A program made the position numbers and the translations under genes. From Coleofasciculus sp. B1-GNL1-01 (GTDB taxonomy: Bacteria > Cyanobacteriota > Cyanobacteriia > Cyanobacteriales > Coleofasciculaceae): a stretch of 32,678 nucleotides of DNA. Positions 9,973-19,763 of the stretch are shown here, piece after piece. The first letter of the stretch is position 1. Each line of letters opens with the position of its first letter. The notes beneath the pieces are model-generated. The model did not search any database. It was not told the origin of the DNA and worked only from the letters and a program-made list of their open reading frames with translations. The DNA lies in assembly GCA_040220235.1 (NCBI GenBank), contig JAVJTO010000038.1; one strand, 5' to 3'.

Positions 9973-12900
9973 GTCATTACCTTGACCCCATTGCTGCGGT
10001 GGAACAGCCCCGCCAAGACTTCATTCGTTACTTGCTCACTGCTTATCCCCTGCGAGACCCGCATCTGCGTTACGGACTCGAAGAGCAGCTTAAACAACCC
10101 GGAACTATTTGGCAGTATCCCTACTTAGAAGGTTCGCAGCCCTATCAAACGACCAAAAGCGTTTCAGAATTAGTCAAACTGGGTGTCCTACATCCAGATG
10201 TGAAACACTTGTTTACACCAGCTCAACGTCCGCTCTACAAACATCAAGAGCAGGCGGTGAGAGCGGTAGTTGAGCAACAGCAAAATATCGTCGTTGCGAC
10301 GGGAACAGGATCGGGTAAAACAGAATGTTTTCTCATCCCGATAATGAATCGACTGCTTCAGGAAGGAGCCACCTCGCTCAGGTCTAATCCAGGGGTGCGA
10401 GTTCTGATCCTGTATCCCATGAATGCTCTGGTCAATGACCAAGTTAAGCGTTTGCGACAGTTGCTTTGTCAACAACAGCAGCCTCTGATTCGCTTTGGCT
10501 TCTATACAAGTCGAACTGAACGTGATCCTCAGAAGGCACGGCAAGCCTTAAAAGAGGAGCTTGAAGCCTACGATCCCCAGGAACTGCGGAAACTATTTAC
10601 AGCCGAGGATCTACAATCGCCTGATTTTAACCGACCGGAATCTTTAGTTCAAGAAGCCATCCGAAAAATCCAAGACATTCAAGCTATTTCTAGGGAAGAA
10701 ATTTGGGAAAACCCACCCCAAATTCTGCTAACCAACTACTCAATGCTAGAACATATGTTGATTCGCCCGAAAGAGCGAACCTGTATTTTTGAAGCATCCA
10801 GAGATAGATTCCAACTTCTAGTGGTGGACGAAGCTCATACCTACGATGGCTCTACGGGAACAGAAGTTTCGATGCTGCTTAAACGACTTAAGGCAGCAGT
10901 CGGCATCGAAACCAAGGGTAAACTTCGCTGTATTGCCACGAGTGCCAGTTTAGGAGACAAATCCGTCGATTCCGCCGTTATCAAGTTTGCCGAAGAATTA
11001 TTTGGCGAATCCTTTAATCCAGTCGTAGTGCGGGGCGATCGCGTTGAGGCAACTCAGCGTCTCGGACATCCTTATCCTCTACCGGATGAATTACAAGGAG
11101 AACCCCTGTGGGAATATATTCAAGCCTTAAAACTCCCCTCACTGAATGCTCCTATAGAGGAATGGTGGAATGAATTAAGTTATTTTGTTCCAGTTGAGCA
11201 ATTACAGAGGGCTGGAAATAAAGTTGCAGATATCGAACAACCCGAAAATCAAGTTCGTGCCTTTCTCTGGGAAGCGCTTAAGCAACATCCCCTATTTCAT
11301 CGACTGATTAATAGTCTGCGTCAGAAACCCCAACCGTGGCACGTAATCGCTCGTTCTGAGCAACTGTGGGGAATAGAACTGCCAAAAACCTTGGATGGTA
11401 GTCTTGACCCTGGAGTAGAACAACCGCTAGAACGGGCATTAGCTTATTTGGTGCAGCTAGGAACCCTAGCCCGCCAACATCTTGATGATTTACCCCTACT
11501 TCCGGTTAGATTGCACTTGCTGTTTCGCAGTATTGAAGGGCTTTATGCTTGCACCAATCCTCAGTGTCCAGGAGCTGTACGCCACCCCAACTATGCAGGA
11601 CGTCCCCATCGTTATGGACAACTATACCTGAGTGAGAAAAGTACTTGCGAACACGAAACCTGTCAATCTCCAGTATTGGAACTGGCAAGTTGTCGTAAGT
11701 GCGGACAAGCTTATAGCCTTGCCTGTCTAGCTCCCAAGAGTCGAGGAGTAGGTCTATTACAACCCCTTCCCCGTTCTTTAGAAGCAATTACCAACAGTAA
11801 ACAAGTCTATACCTTAACCGTGGGAGCATTAGACAGCGTAACTGAAGATGAAGCCATCGAAGTTCCCGAAGACGATGATACGTTTGCTCAACTTGAAGGA
11901 ACTTTCATGATTCGTCACAAAACGGATCGATCAGGGTGGGAAGGTATAGCTATGCCAGAAGCCGTAACGGCTACGACATCAAAAGGCGAAGTTGCTCTCA
12001 AATGGCATATCCCGCCCGTTCCTTCCCAGACGAAAAAAGCAGATATCCCGCCATCTTGGGCTGGAGGATATTTATCACGATGTCCTGCTTGTGGTGCCAG
12101 AGATAGCAAATCTCCATCGTTGGGACGCTTTGTTTCCTATACGGATGCCCCATTGGAGGTCATGCTTGATAGCTTGTTCGAGTTACTGCCGGATTCAGAA
12201 CCCAACTGGCGTTCAGAACAACCGACTAAACGCAAGTTACTGACCTTCTCAGATGGTCGTCAGGATGCCGCTTTCTTTGCTTCTGACTTTCAACGAACCC
12301 ATACAGAGACACTATACCGTCAGATGGTGTGGCAAGCATTCCAAGATGTTAAGGATGAAACCAACACGGCATCTGTTAAGCAAGTTGAAGACCAGTTAAC
12401 TAGAAAGTTTTTGGACATTTCTCTGCCTCATCCTGATCGTCGCTCAGAACTACACCACCTCAGCTACGTCGCCAATGACCCCGATGAACTGATTGAGGAA
12501 AATCGCAGCAAGAACCCCAGAGACTGCCGCGATCGCGCTCAGAAACGAGCCAAGGAGCTGTTGCTGCGAGAATTTGGTCTGCCTTCGGCTCGTCGTTTTT
12601 CTCTGGAGGCTTTAGGACTACTCTCGTGTCACATCGACATTCAAGATCGACGTTTACCTGAAGCCGTAGCCCAGCGATTTCAAATTTCTCCTCTGGAAGC
12701 CAAAATATGCTTACGAGGCTTAACTAATATTATGCGTCAAGCAGGTATTATTGACCTGCAAGGAGCGTCTGATTACTTCCCAGAAACAGGGGGTGTAGAA
12801 GACGTGCGACCGGGAGCATTAGATGCTCAAGGGCGATCACGTACTCGGTTAAAGCTACAAAAAGACAAGGGTGAAAAGGATGTCGTGTCTTTTCTGTGGC

Positions 12901-15900
12901 GCACCAATGACAAAACGGGAGAACCCACCAAGCGCCAAAACCATCTGGTTACTTACTATCGGCAGATTTTGGGTGAGTCTATACGTCGCGAAGACATGAC
13001 TTGGCTGTATCAACAGCTTGTCAGTAGTGGCTGGCTGACTAAGTGTGCTAAAGGAGGACATCAACTGAACTGGGAACTCCTGAATATCGTCGCCACTGAC
13101 CGCCATTGGTATCAATGCCGTAGTTGCCAACAGCGTTTTCACATTCCAGATTTAGGGGAAATTTTCGAGACAACAAAACTAGGGTTTAAGCATTGCCCTG
13201 CCTACAGATGCGAGGGTTCACTGCAACCGCTAATCATTGACCCAAAGCCAAATCCTCAACAAGAAGCGGATCACTATCGCTACTTAATTCGGCAGCGATC
13301 CATCACACCCCTGCGATCGCAAGAACACACCGCTCAACTTAGTGTCGTCGAACTGGAAAAACGAGAAAATCGCTTCCGCCAAGGCAAAATTAATCTGTTG
13401 AGTAGTTCGACCACTCTGGAGATGGGGGTGGATATTGGCGAACTACAAGCCGTCGCTCTACGCAATTTCCCGCCCCATGTTAGCAATTATCAGCAACGGG
13501 TGGGACGAGCTGGACGACGCACTGATGGGGTTGCTGTCACTTTAATGTACGGACAGCGTCGCCCCCATGACCGCTTCTACTTTGACCAACCCACCCAACT
13601 CATTGCTGGCAAAAATCAGATCCCCAAGCTCAATCCCCAAAATTTTCACATCCAACAACGTCACATACGAGCCGAATTATTAGCAACATTTCTGCGAGAG
13701 CGACGGGGAACAGGGGCAGAAAACATCCAGATGGCGGAATTCCTGGGTTTTTCCTGTGAGGATTTTACCCCAGTTCAAGACTCTAATCTCCCCCCGAATG
13801 CACTGATTATTGAACTACGAGAATGGTTAAATTCCCAAACCGCTCAGGAACTAACGGGACAGTGGTTGCAGCATCTAGGTAATCACCAAGCCGCACCCGA
13901 AATTTTGGCGAAATTTGGCAAGGATTTAAGTGACTTTGAGCAGAGTCAGCTACAGGATTGGAATCAACTCGCAGAAGTTTTGGCAGAACTAGACACCGAT
14001 ATCCGTGCGACTAAAGATCGAAAACTGCGTCGGGAAATGGAGTATAAGCGAGATCGGATCGAAGAAGAACTCGAGAAAGTTGCCAAACGTCGGCTTCACG
14101 ATGAACTGGCTCAAGCTAGCATCCTTCCCATCTACGGCTTCCCGATTGATGTGGTACGCTTACTCACAGGTCAGAGTAACAAGTACAAATCCTCTCAAGG
14201 CAGACACCGACTAGAACGCGATCGTCGTTTGGCGTTGGGCGAATATGCCCCAGGTCAAGATGTTGTCGTCGATGACCGAGTTCACCATAGTATTGGTGTG
14301 CTTAGACCGGAAAATCTAGAACACCAGTATTACTGGGTTTGCCAAAACTGTAATTATTTCGATAAGTCAAAACAGGAAAAAGAACCCTTTACCGAATGTC
14401 CAGAATGTAAGTCCTCACCCCAGACTCCCTCAGAACAGAAAATGAGAGAGTACGTAGTACCCAAAACGTTCACAACAGATTGGAGCCAACAACCAAAAGT
14501 TACGCCCTATACTAAACCGTTGCGTCAACCAACTTCACAGGTTTTCTTGGCTCAGGAGGGAGATAATCCAGAATCGCTTGGGCAACCTCATTGGTATCAA
14601 CTCACTTTCAGTCAAGGAGGGCTATTCTTCCTAGCTAACCAAGGTCCTTTAGTGAACGGACGTGGTTTTAAGAACCGAGGATTTGCTATTTGTAAAAGCT
14701 GCGGTTGCGACCTGAGTACTCAATTACAAGAGCGTCAGCGTTCAGCTACCAGTAAGAAGAGTCGTCGCCAATCGAAAACAACCAGCACTTCATCCTCTCA
14801 AATCCCTCATAGCCATCCCATTACTGGAAAACCTTGTTCGGGTAAGTCCTACAGTTTACTGCATTTAGGTCATGAATTTCGCAGTGATTTGCTCAAAATT
14901 CGCTTTGCTCCTGCTCTGATTGGTAACCGTTTACTATATGAACCCGTCATTCATTTTGGTGACAGTCGCGTTATTTCATCATCCATCGCAGAAAATTCCA
15001 CTGAGACTGTTACAGGCATAGGCTTTTGGCATTCACTGACTTATGCGCTTCTGGCTGCTGCTGCCCAAGTCATTGATGTTCCGCGTAGTGAGCTTGACGG
15101 ACTCTTCAAGCCAACAGAAGGAGGGAGCGGTTTGGCTGAGATTGTTATCTATGATAATGTTCCAGGGGGAGCCGGATATAGTAAGCGGATTGCACAAGAG
15201 TTTCAGGATATGCTGCAAAAAGCCGATGAACTGGTTGAGTCTTGTAGCTGTGACAGTAGCTGTTATGACTGTCTCAGGACTTATTCCAACCAAATGTTTC
15301 ACGCTGAGTTGAACCGTCATATTGTGGCAGACTTTCTCAAGCCTTTAGTCGAGCAAGTGAAACCTGATCAGGAACTTCAGGTTTTTGCCCCCCATGCCAG
15401 TCGCATCAGCTTAACCAAAATGGCTGATCGTCTTCGCCGTCTTTGCCGCATGGCTGGTTCGGCTAGCCTGCTTTATCTACCACAGCTCAATGATGGGTTA
15501 GGTTTGGATCGGGGTTCGCCGATGCCGTGGTTAGGATTGTTAGCGGATGCTGTCAACTCCATGCACGACAGTAGCACAGCTTTAGAGTTAGTGGTCAATC
15601 AACTACCAAAACCGAATTCAGATGCAAATCGCGCTATACGCAAGCGCTTGTATCAGTGGATAGACCAAGGTTTACTCAAGCTGTACGAGTCATCCTACGA
15701 GGCTTTACCGATTTTGTGTTTCAGCACTCAGCAGCCGCATCGGATTGCACTCAAACTTCACCAGCGCTCTGATCAGGACACAGTAGAATGGTTTCAAACC
15801 CAAAGCGCTGAAGGCGTCGAGACAGTCGAGAGTCGATTACAAACGCTGCGATCGCAAGCTAGACTTGTCCCAGCTTCAGAATTGGCAGATCCAGATACCA

Positions 15901-16385
15901 TTGTCGTCTTCCCAGAACCTAGCTGGGGTGAACTGAGTTTGCCACAACTGCGACAGAAACTGGGAATAGACGGTATTTTGGCAAGTCAGGTGAAGCAGGT
16001 ATTCTATCGCGATCGCTACTTGAATGGTCAAAGGGCAAACTTCCTGGCTGAACTCTTGCAAGGGGAGGGACTCTCGGCTAATTCTCAGGTAACGATTTTA
16101 ACGTTGGAAACGTCACAATCTCCACCGGCTTCTGAACTCAAAGCTGAATTAGAAGCAGCGCTGATTGGACTGAAGGCGATAGAAATTCAACCTAAAGTTA
16201 CAGTTCAACCCCGCCATCGACGCTCTGACTTTCCCCATGCACGAGAATTAGAAATCCAGGGACATGATCAGCAGAAGTACAAGGTTATTTTTGATCGAGG
16301 ACTTGACTTTCTGGAAAAGGTGGAAAATCGCGAAACGTATCGTATCAAACATCCCACCTATATAGCCATCATCAGGCAACAATAA
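9969..16385 (+). CDS. DruE/YprA-like SF2 DEAH helicase with Zn fingers, DUF1998 and C-terminal PLD-like domain
   Basis: Q motif LYKHQ, Walker A TGTGSGKT, YPMNALVNDQ, TNYSMLEHML, DEAH, ATSAS, FSDGRQDAA, EHTAQ, STTLEMGVDIG, NYQQRVGRAGRR; several CxxC pairs; DUF1998-type YDNVPGGAGY...CSCDSSCYDCL. Confidence 0.88.
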   Translation: MSHYLDPIAAVEQPRQDFIRYLLTAYPLRDPHLRYGLEEQLKQPGTIWQYPYLEGSQPYQTTKSVSELVKLGVLHPDVKHLFTPAQRPLYKHQEQAVRAVVEQQQNIVVATGTGSGKTECFLIPIMNRLLQEGATSLRSNPGVRVLILYPMNALVNDQVKRLRQLLCQQQQPLIRFGFYTSRTERDPQKARQALKEELEAYDPQELRKLFTAEDLQSPDFNRPESLVQEAIRKIQDIQAISREEIWENPPQILLTNYSMLEHMLIRPKERTCIFEASRDRFQLLVVDEAHTYDGSTGTEVSMLLKRLKAAVGIETKGKLRCIATSASLGDKSVDSAVIKFAEELFGESFNPVVVRGDRVEATQRLGHPYPLPDELQGEPLWEYIQALKLPSLNAPIEEWWNELSYFVPVEQLQRAGNKVADIEQPENQVRAFLWEALKQHPLFHRLINSLRQKPQPWHVIARSEQLWGIELPKTLDGSLDPGVEQPLERALAYLVQLGTLARQHLDDLPLLPVRLHLLFRSIEGLYACTNPQCPGAVRHPNYAGRPHRYGQLYLSEKSTCEHETCQSPVLELASCRKCGQAYSLACLAPKSRGVGLLQPLPRSLEAITNSKQVYTLTVGALDSVTEDEAIEVPEDDDTFAQLEGTFMIRHKTDRSGWEGIAMPEAVTATTSKGEVALKWHIPPVPSQTKKADIPPSWAGGYLSRCPACGARDSKSPSLGRFVSYTDAPLEVMLDSLFELLPDSEPNWRSEQPTKRKLLTFSDGRQDAAFFASDFQRTHTETLYRQMVWQAFQDVKDETNTASVKQVEDQLTRKFLDISLPHPDRRSELHHLSYVANDPDELIEENRSKNPRDCRDRAQKRAKELLLREFGLPSARRFSLEALGLLSCHIDIQDRRLPEAVAQRFQISPLEAKICLRGLTNIMRQAGIIDLQGASDYFPETGGVEDVRPGALDAQGRSRTRLKLQKDKGEKDVVSFLWRTNDKTGEPTKRQNHLVTYYRQILGESIRREDMTWLYQQLVSSGWLTKCAKGGHQLNWELLNIVATDRHWYQCRSCQQRFHIPDLGEIFETTKLGFKHCPAYRCEGSLQPLIIDPKPNPQQEADHYRYLIRQRSITPLRSQEHTAQLSVVELEKRENRFRQGKINLLSSSTTLEMGVDIGELQAVALRNFPPHVSNYQQRVGRAGRRTDGVAVTLMYGQRRPHDRFYFDQPTQLIAGKNQIPKLNPQNFHIQQRHIRAELLATFLRERRGTGAENIQMAEFLGFSCEDFTPVQDSNLPPNALIIELREWLNSQTAQELTGQWLQHLGNHQAAPEILAKFGKDLSDFEQSQLQDWNQLAEVLAELDTDIRATKDRKLRREMEYKRDRIEEELEKVAKRRLHDELAQASILPIYGFPIDVVRLLTGQSNKYKSSQGRHRLERDRRLALGEYAPGQDVVVDDRVHHSIGVLRPENLEHQYYWVCQNCNYFDKSKQEKEPFTECPECKSSPQTPSEQKMREYVVPKTFTTDWSQQPKVTPYTKPLRQPTSQVFLAQEGDNPESLGQPHWYQLTFSQGGLFFLANQGPLVNGRGFKNRGFAICKSCGCDLSTQLQERQRSATSKKSRRQSKTTSTSSSQIPHSHPITGKPCSGKSYSLLHLGHEFRSDLLKIRFAPALIGNRLLYEPVIHFGDSRVISSSIAENSTETVTGIGFWHSLTYALLAAAAQVIDVPRSELDGLFKPTEGGSGLAEIVIYDNVPGGAGYSKRIAQEFQDMLQKADELVESCSCDSSCYDCLRTYSNQMFHAELNRHIVADFLKPLVEQVKPDQELQVFAPHASRISLTKMADRLRRLCRMAGSASLLYLPQLNDGLGLDRGSPMPWLGLLADAVNSMHDSSTALELVVNQLPKPNSDANRAIRKRLYQWIDQGLLKLYESSYEALPILCFSTQQPHRIALKLHQRSDQDTVEWFQTQSAEGVETVESRLQTLRSQARLVPASELADPDTIVVFPEPSWGELSLPQLRQKLGIDGILASQVKQVFYRDRYLNGQRANFLAELLQGEGLSANSQVTILTLETSQSPPASELKAELEAALIGLKAIEIQPKVTVQPRHRRSDFPHARELEIQGHDQQKYKVIFDRGLDFLEKVENRETYRIKHPTYIAIIRQQ

Positions 16386-16422
16386 AACCTCTCACGTCCC
16401 CGATCAACACTGTAATATTGAA

Positions 16423-17031
16423 CTAAACTAACTGGGTGATCGCGCGATTGAGCCGTGCTTGTACCACCCGATCTGACTCTTGTGTCAACGCCTGCTGTAA
16501 GGGAGGTATAACTTCTGGTTGGGCAATATCTTGTAAGGACGCGATCGCAGCATAACGCAACGCCCAATCCTCTGGTGTCAGTAATGCCCAGGTTAATTTA
16601 TCTATGGCTTGACGAATAATGGCTGTATCCTTGGCTAAACTGCCAATCCGTCCTAAGCCGCGTGCCGCGACGCGCCGAACATTTCCTTGACAGTGATTGG
16701 CGACGGATGTGCCGATAACGTCCTCTAACAAACTTAGCGCTTTTGGATCACCAATTCGTGCTAACGCCTGAATGATGTGGGCTTGCACCGCTTGGTCACC
16801 AGAGGCTTCAAAAGCGGCAATTAAAGGATTAACGCTAGCTGACCCCAATTTCACTAACCCATCTACGGCGGCGGCTGGAACAGCCGGATGATGATGACTT
16901 AATGCCCCAATTAAGGCTGTGATTACATCATCGCTAGCACGCTGCGGGTGATCGACTAACGCCTGAATCGCTTCTACGGCTTCGTTAGGCGTAACCGCTT
17001 GTTGTAATTTTTGTCCGTTGTTATTTGTCAT
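16423..17031 (-). CDS. pecF: Phycoerythrocyanin alpha lyase/isomerase subunit PecF (HEAT repeats)
   Basis: ALSHHHPAVPAAAVDGLV and VANHCQGNVRRVAARGLG (NHCQGN motif of isomerase-type lyases), DWALRYAA; located in the pec operon. Confidence 0.88.
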   Translation of the reverse strand: MTNNNGQKLQQAVTPNEAVEAIQALVDHPQRASDDVITALIGALSHHHPAVPAAAVDGLVKLGSASVNPLIAAFEASGDQAVQAHIIQALARIGDPKALSLLEDVIGTSVANHCQGNVRRVAARGLGRIGSLAKDTAIIRQAIDKLTWALLTPEDWALRYAAIASLQDIAQPEVIPPLQQALTQESDRVVQARLNRAITQLV

Positions 17032-17072
17032 TGGTCATTGGTCATTGGTCATTGGTCATTGGTCATTGGTCA
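17024..17072. repeat. STRR2-type heptamer repeat TT(G/T)GTCA x7 overlapping the pecF start
   Basis: tttgtca followed by (ttggtca)x6; the pecF ATG lies inside the array. Confidence 0.9.
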
Positions 17073-17073
17073 A

Positions 17074-17214
17074 GTCGGGGCGGGTGTAGGGTGCGTTAGC
17101 GTTCGCGAAGCGTTCCCGTTCGCGCAGCGTTCCCGTTCGCGAAGCGTTCCCGAAGGGTAGGGTAGGGTAGCGTAACGCACCATTTCAAAAGATAGTAGTG
17201 AAACCCGCCCCTAC
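17074..17214. repeat. Nested REP-like/short dispersed repeat composite
   Basis: Outer GGGGCGGGT...ACCCGCCCCTAC, inner GTAGGGTGCGTTAGC...GCGTAACGCACC, core (GTTCGCG[A/C]AGCGTTCCC)x3-GAA-(GGGTA)x3. Confidence 0.8.
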
Positions 17215-17221
17215 ACAATTT

Positions 17222-17270
17222 CCCTCATCTTCCCCATCTCCCCCATCTCCCCCATCTCCCTCATCTCCCC
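17222..17270. repeat. Nonamer tandem repeat CCCCATCTC-like
   Basis: About 5 imperfect copies between pecE and pecF. Confidence 0.8.
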
Positions 17271-17272
17271 TG

Positions 17273-18055
17273 CTATAGCTGAATTAACAACTGATCAATG
17301 GTGTCCATCAGAAACTGACATTTATCTGGCTGGTTTGATTCGGCTTCTGGATCACTTTCTAAAATGGCTTCTAACATTCGCTTGATATTCAGCAGCTTTA
17401 AACTATTCGGCACCTTCGCCTCAATGATCGCCTGCGCTGCGGCTAAATGACCGATCGCGCCTAGGTCAAACATCGCCGCCCAGCGCAAATACATATTCGG
17501 ATGATCCAAATTCTGGATAATCCGCTCAATATATTGCGGCTCTTTTGTCAATAGATATAAATACCGAGCCGCCGCACATTGAACCCGTTCCGACGGATGG
17601 GTTAAAAAGGGTTCAATCTGGGGACGGGCTTGCCAAACTTCTAACGTGCCTAACGCTTCAATCAAAGCTTCATAGGGTTGCTCGGCTTCAGCGTTTAGCA
17701 GATTCAGTAAGGGGGAGATAGCTCTGTGATCGCCAATCGCGGCTAAAGCCTGAATCGTTGCCTCTCGAAGGCTCAGATCCGGACAATCTAAGGCAGCAAT
17801 TAACGCGGGTACAGCTTGGGGATTTTGTAACTCACCCAATGCTCGCGCCGCCTGACGTCGCAAGGGATATCCACCTGCTTGAGTACGATAGGCTTCATCT
17901 TGGAGAGCTTCACATAGCACCGTCCACGAGTCCTGTACGTTATTCTTACCCAACCACCACGCGGCATAATAGCGCAACTGATTATCGTCTCCGTTTAAGG
18001 CTGCGATCGCCGTTTCTGCCGAACTTATGGGTTGGGGGGGAGAAGCGGTAGTCAT
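17273..18055 (-). CDS. pecE: Phycoerythrocyanin alpha lyase subunit PecE (HEAT repeats)
   Basis: LRYYAAWWLG and GGYPLRRQAARALG are CpcE/PecE-family motifs; downstream of pecA. Start at 18055 or 18064. Confidence 0.88.
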   Translation of the reverse strand: MTTASPPQPISSAETAIAALNGDDNQLRYYAAWWLGKNNVQDSWTVLCEALQDEAYRTQAGGYPLRRQAARALGELQNPQAVPALIAALDCPDLSLREATIQALAAIGDHRAISPLLNLLNAEAEQPYEALIEALGTLEVWQARPQIEPFLTHPSERVQCAAARYLYLLTKEPQYIERIIQNLDHPNMYLRWAAMFDLGAIGHLAAAQAIIEAKVPNSLKLLNIKRMLEAILESDPEAESNQPDKCQFLMDTIDQLLIQL

Positions 18056-18168
18056 TATATACAAAAATTTGGAGATCTAAATCGCTTTTTATTTATTTAT
18101 ATATATATTTTAAATCGAATGACACTCAAAAGCGGGCATTTAGGGAGCGCTAAAACCTTTGATATACC

Positions 18169-18200
18169 GTAGGGTGGGTTGAGCGAAGTCGAAACCCACC
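18169..18200 (+). repeat. GTAG-type REP-like palindrome
   Basis: GTAG-GGTGGGTT-gagcgaagtcga-AACCCACC. Confidence 0.65.
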
Positions 18201-18411
18201 AGCCTTCTACCTTGCCGCCTTCTACTATAAACAAGATTCGGGTCTGATTGATAGACAATAACTGCTTATCGCCTATCCTCCAGACCCGATACAGGCTAGT
18301 ACAAGGGAACTCAAGGAGAGCCTACTATTACAAACCCGATTGTGGTTTGTGTAGATCTGTTCTCAAACATCTCTACTGAATGCATGACTTCCCAGGTAGC
18401 CGTACTGGTTT

Positions 18412-18900
18412 CTAGCTCAAAGCATTGATGGCATAGTTGAGGTAAATGTTCGCTTCACCTGCAACATCTCCCGATAAACCATGATTTTCACGGACAAATT
18501 CGAGAGCCGCCACGTACCAACTGGATGACAAACCGAGAGCCGCGTTGAATTCTTTAACGCCAGCAATCACATATTCATCCAGTGGACCCGTTCCACCGAC
18601 TACGCAGCAGTAGCTGATCACACGCAAGTAGTTGTTAATATCCCGCACACACTTGGACTTGCCTTCTGGAGTCGAGGCATATTGGGGTCCTTCCATTTGA
18701 GTGGTGTAGGGGAATTTCTTATAAACATGATTAGCAGCGGCTTCAGACCATGCCTCACCATTATCGCTAAACGCTTTGGCAGCATCCAGACCCGCCTTCG
18801 CCCGACTAAAACGACCAAAAATGGCTTGCATTTCAGTATTAGTCGGATAAGAACCGCGCACGTCAGCGGCAGCAATCGCCTCGGTAATTGGGGTTTTCAT
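18412..18900 (-). CDS. pecA: Phycoerythrocyanin alpha subunit
   Basis: 162 aa; [18 protein letters not shown], chromophore Cys84, vicinal Cys98/Cys99 (SYCCVVGG) typical of PecA. Confidence 0.93.
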   Translation of the reverse strand: MKTPITEAIAAADVRGSYPTNTEMQAIFGRFSRAKAGLDAAKAFSDNGEAWSEAAANHVYKKFPYTTQMEGPQYASTPEGKSKCVRDINNYLRVISYCCVVGGTGPLDEYVIAGVKEFNAALGLSSSWYVAALEFVRENHGLSGDVAGEANIYLNYAINALS

Positions 18901-18978
18901 GAGTATTGTTGTTCTCCTAAATGATTGACCTTGTTAAGTTGTCAGATTTAATTTTCCAAAAGCCGTTTAAACTCGACC

Positions 18979-19497
18979 TTAAGCAACGGCTGCTGCTGCT
19001 GTATCAAAATAGCTCGCTAACTCAGACATCAGAGCGCTGCAATCTCCTTGGGTAATGCCATTGGGGTCATTGGCAATGGCGATCGCGGCATCTTTCATCT
19101 TGCCAATCCCGGATGCTACAGCATCTCCTGGTGTTCCTAGGGCTTGGTAGGTTTCCTTCAGACCATTCAGACAACGGTCATTCATCACGCTGGCATCTCC
19201 TGCCAACATAGAGTAGGCGACATAACGGAGAATAAAGCCCATGTCACGGATACAAGCGGCATGGTTCCGGTGATGGTCACAAGGACCACCGGGAGCGAAC
19301 ACTTGGGGACGTTCAGCCACTAATTCTCGGTACGCATTGGCGACGATCATGGAAGCGTTACTGGTGAGACGGTTCACCGTATCTAAACGCTTATTGCTTT
19401 CTGACACCATTGCTGAAAGCCCGTTGATTTGATCGCCACTCAGATAGGCTCCACTTTTATCGGCTTGCTCTACGACTTTGGAAAACGCATCAAGCAT
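18979..19497 (-). CDS. pecB: Phycoerythrocyanin beta subunit
   Basis: 172 aa; [22 protein letters not shown], PGGPCxHHRNx[19 protein letters not shown]. Confidence 0.93.
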   Translation of the reverse strand: MLDAFSKVVEQADKSGAYLSGDQINGLSAMVSESNKRLDTVNRLTSNASMIVANAYRELVAERPQVFAPGGPCDHHRNHAACIRDMGFILRYVAYSMLAGDASVMNDRCLNGLKETYQALGTPGDAVASGIGKMKDAAIAIANDPNGITQGDCSALMSELASYFDTAAAAVA

Positions 19498-19763
19498 TTT
19501 AATTAATATCTCCTAGCTAAACGTTGTTTGAACGATTGATCGAGATGGCGAGATTCGCCGGAGTCTGGCATTGGGTTAAATCCAGCCCTGAGAAAATTTA
19601 TCGGATCATCGTGGTTCAATTGCTCAAGTGGCTGCACTATTGACTTGACCAATACGACACCTTGAGAGTGACTCTGGCAACCGTTTCACCGCTTGCACAA
19701 CAATCCGCAAATCCTCGACTTCAGGGAAAGCTGGGTTTTGCCCCAAATAATCCATCTGTTTCT

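Noticed and set aside
9969..16385. Canonical DISARM or BREX system
   Set aside because: No methylase, SNF2 DrmD, PglZ or BrxC genes; helicase and DUF1998 are in one DruE-like protein.
4417..16422. Intact mobile element or prophage
   Set aside because: No integrase, transposase, tRNA or flanking direct repeats seen.
17101..17170. CRISPR-like repeat
   Set aside because: The 17 bp units are adjacent with no spacers, and there are no cas genes.
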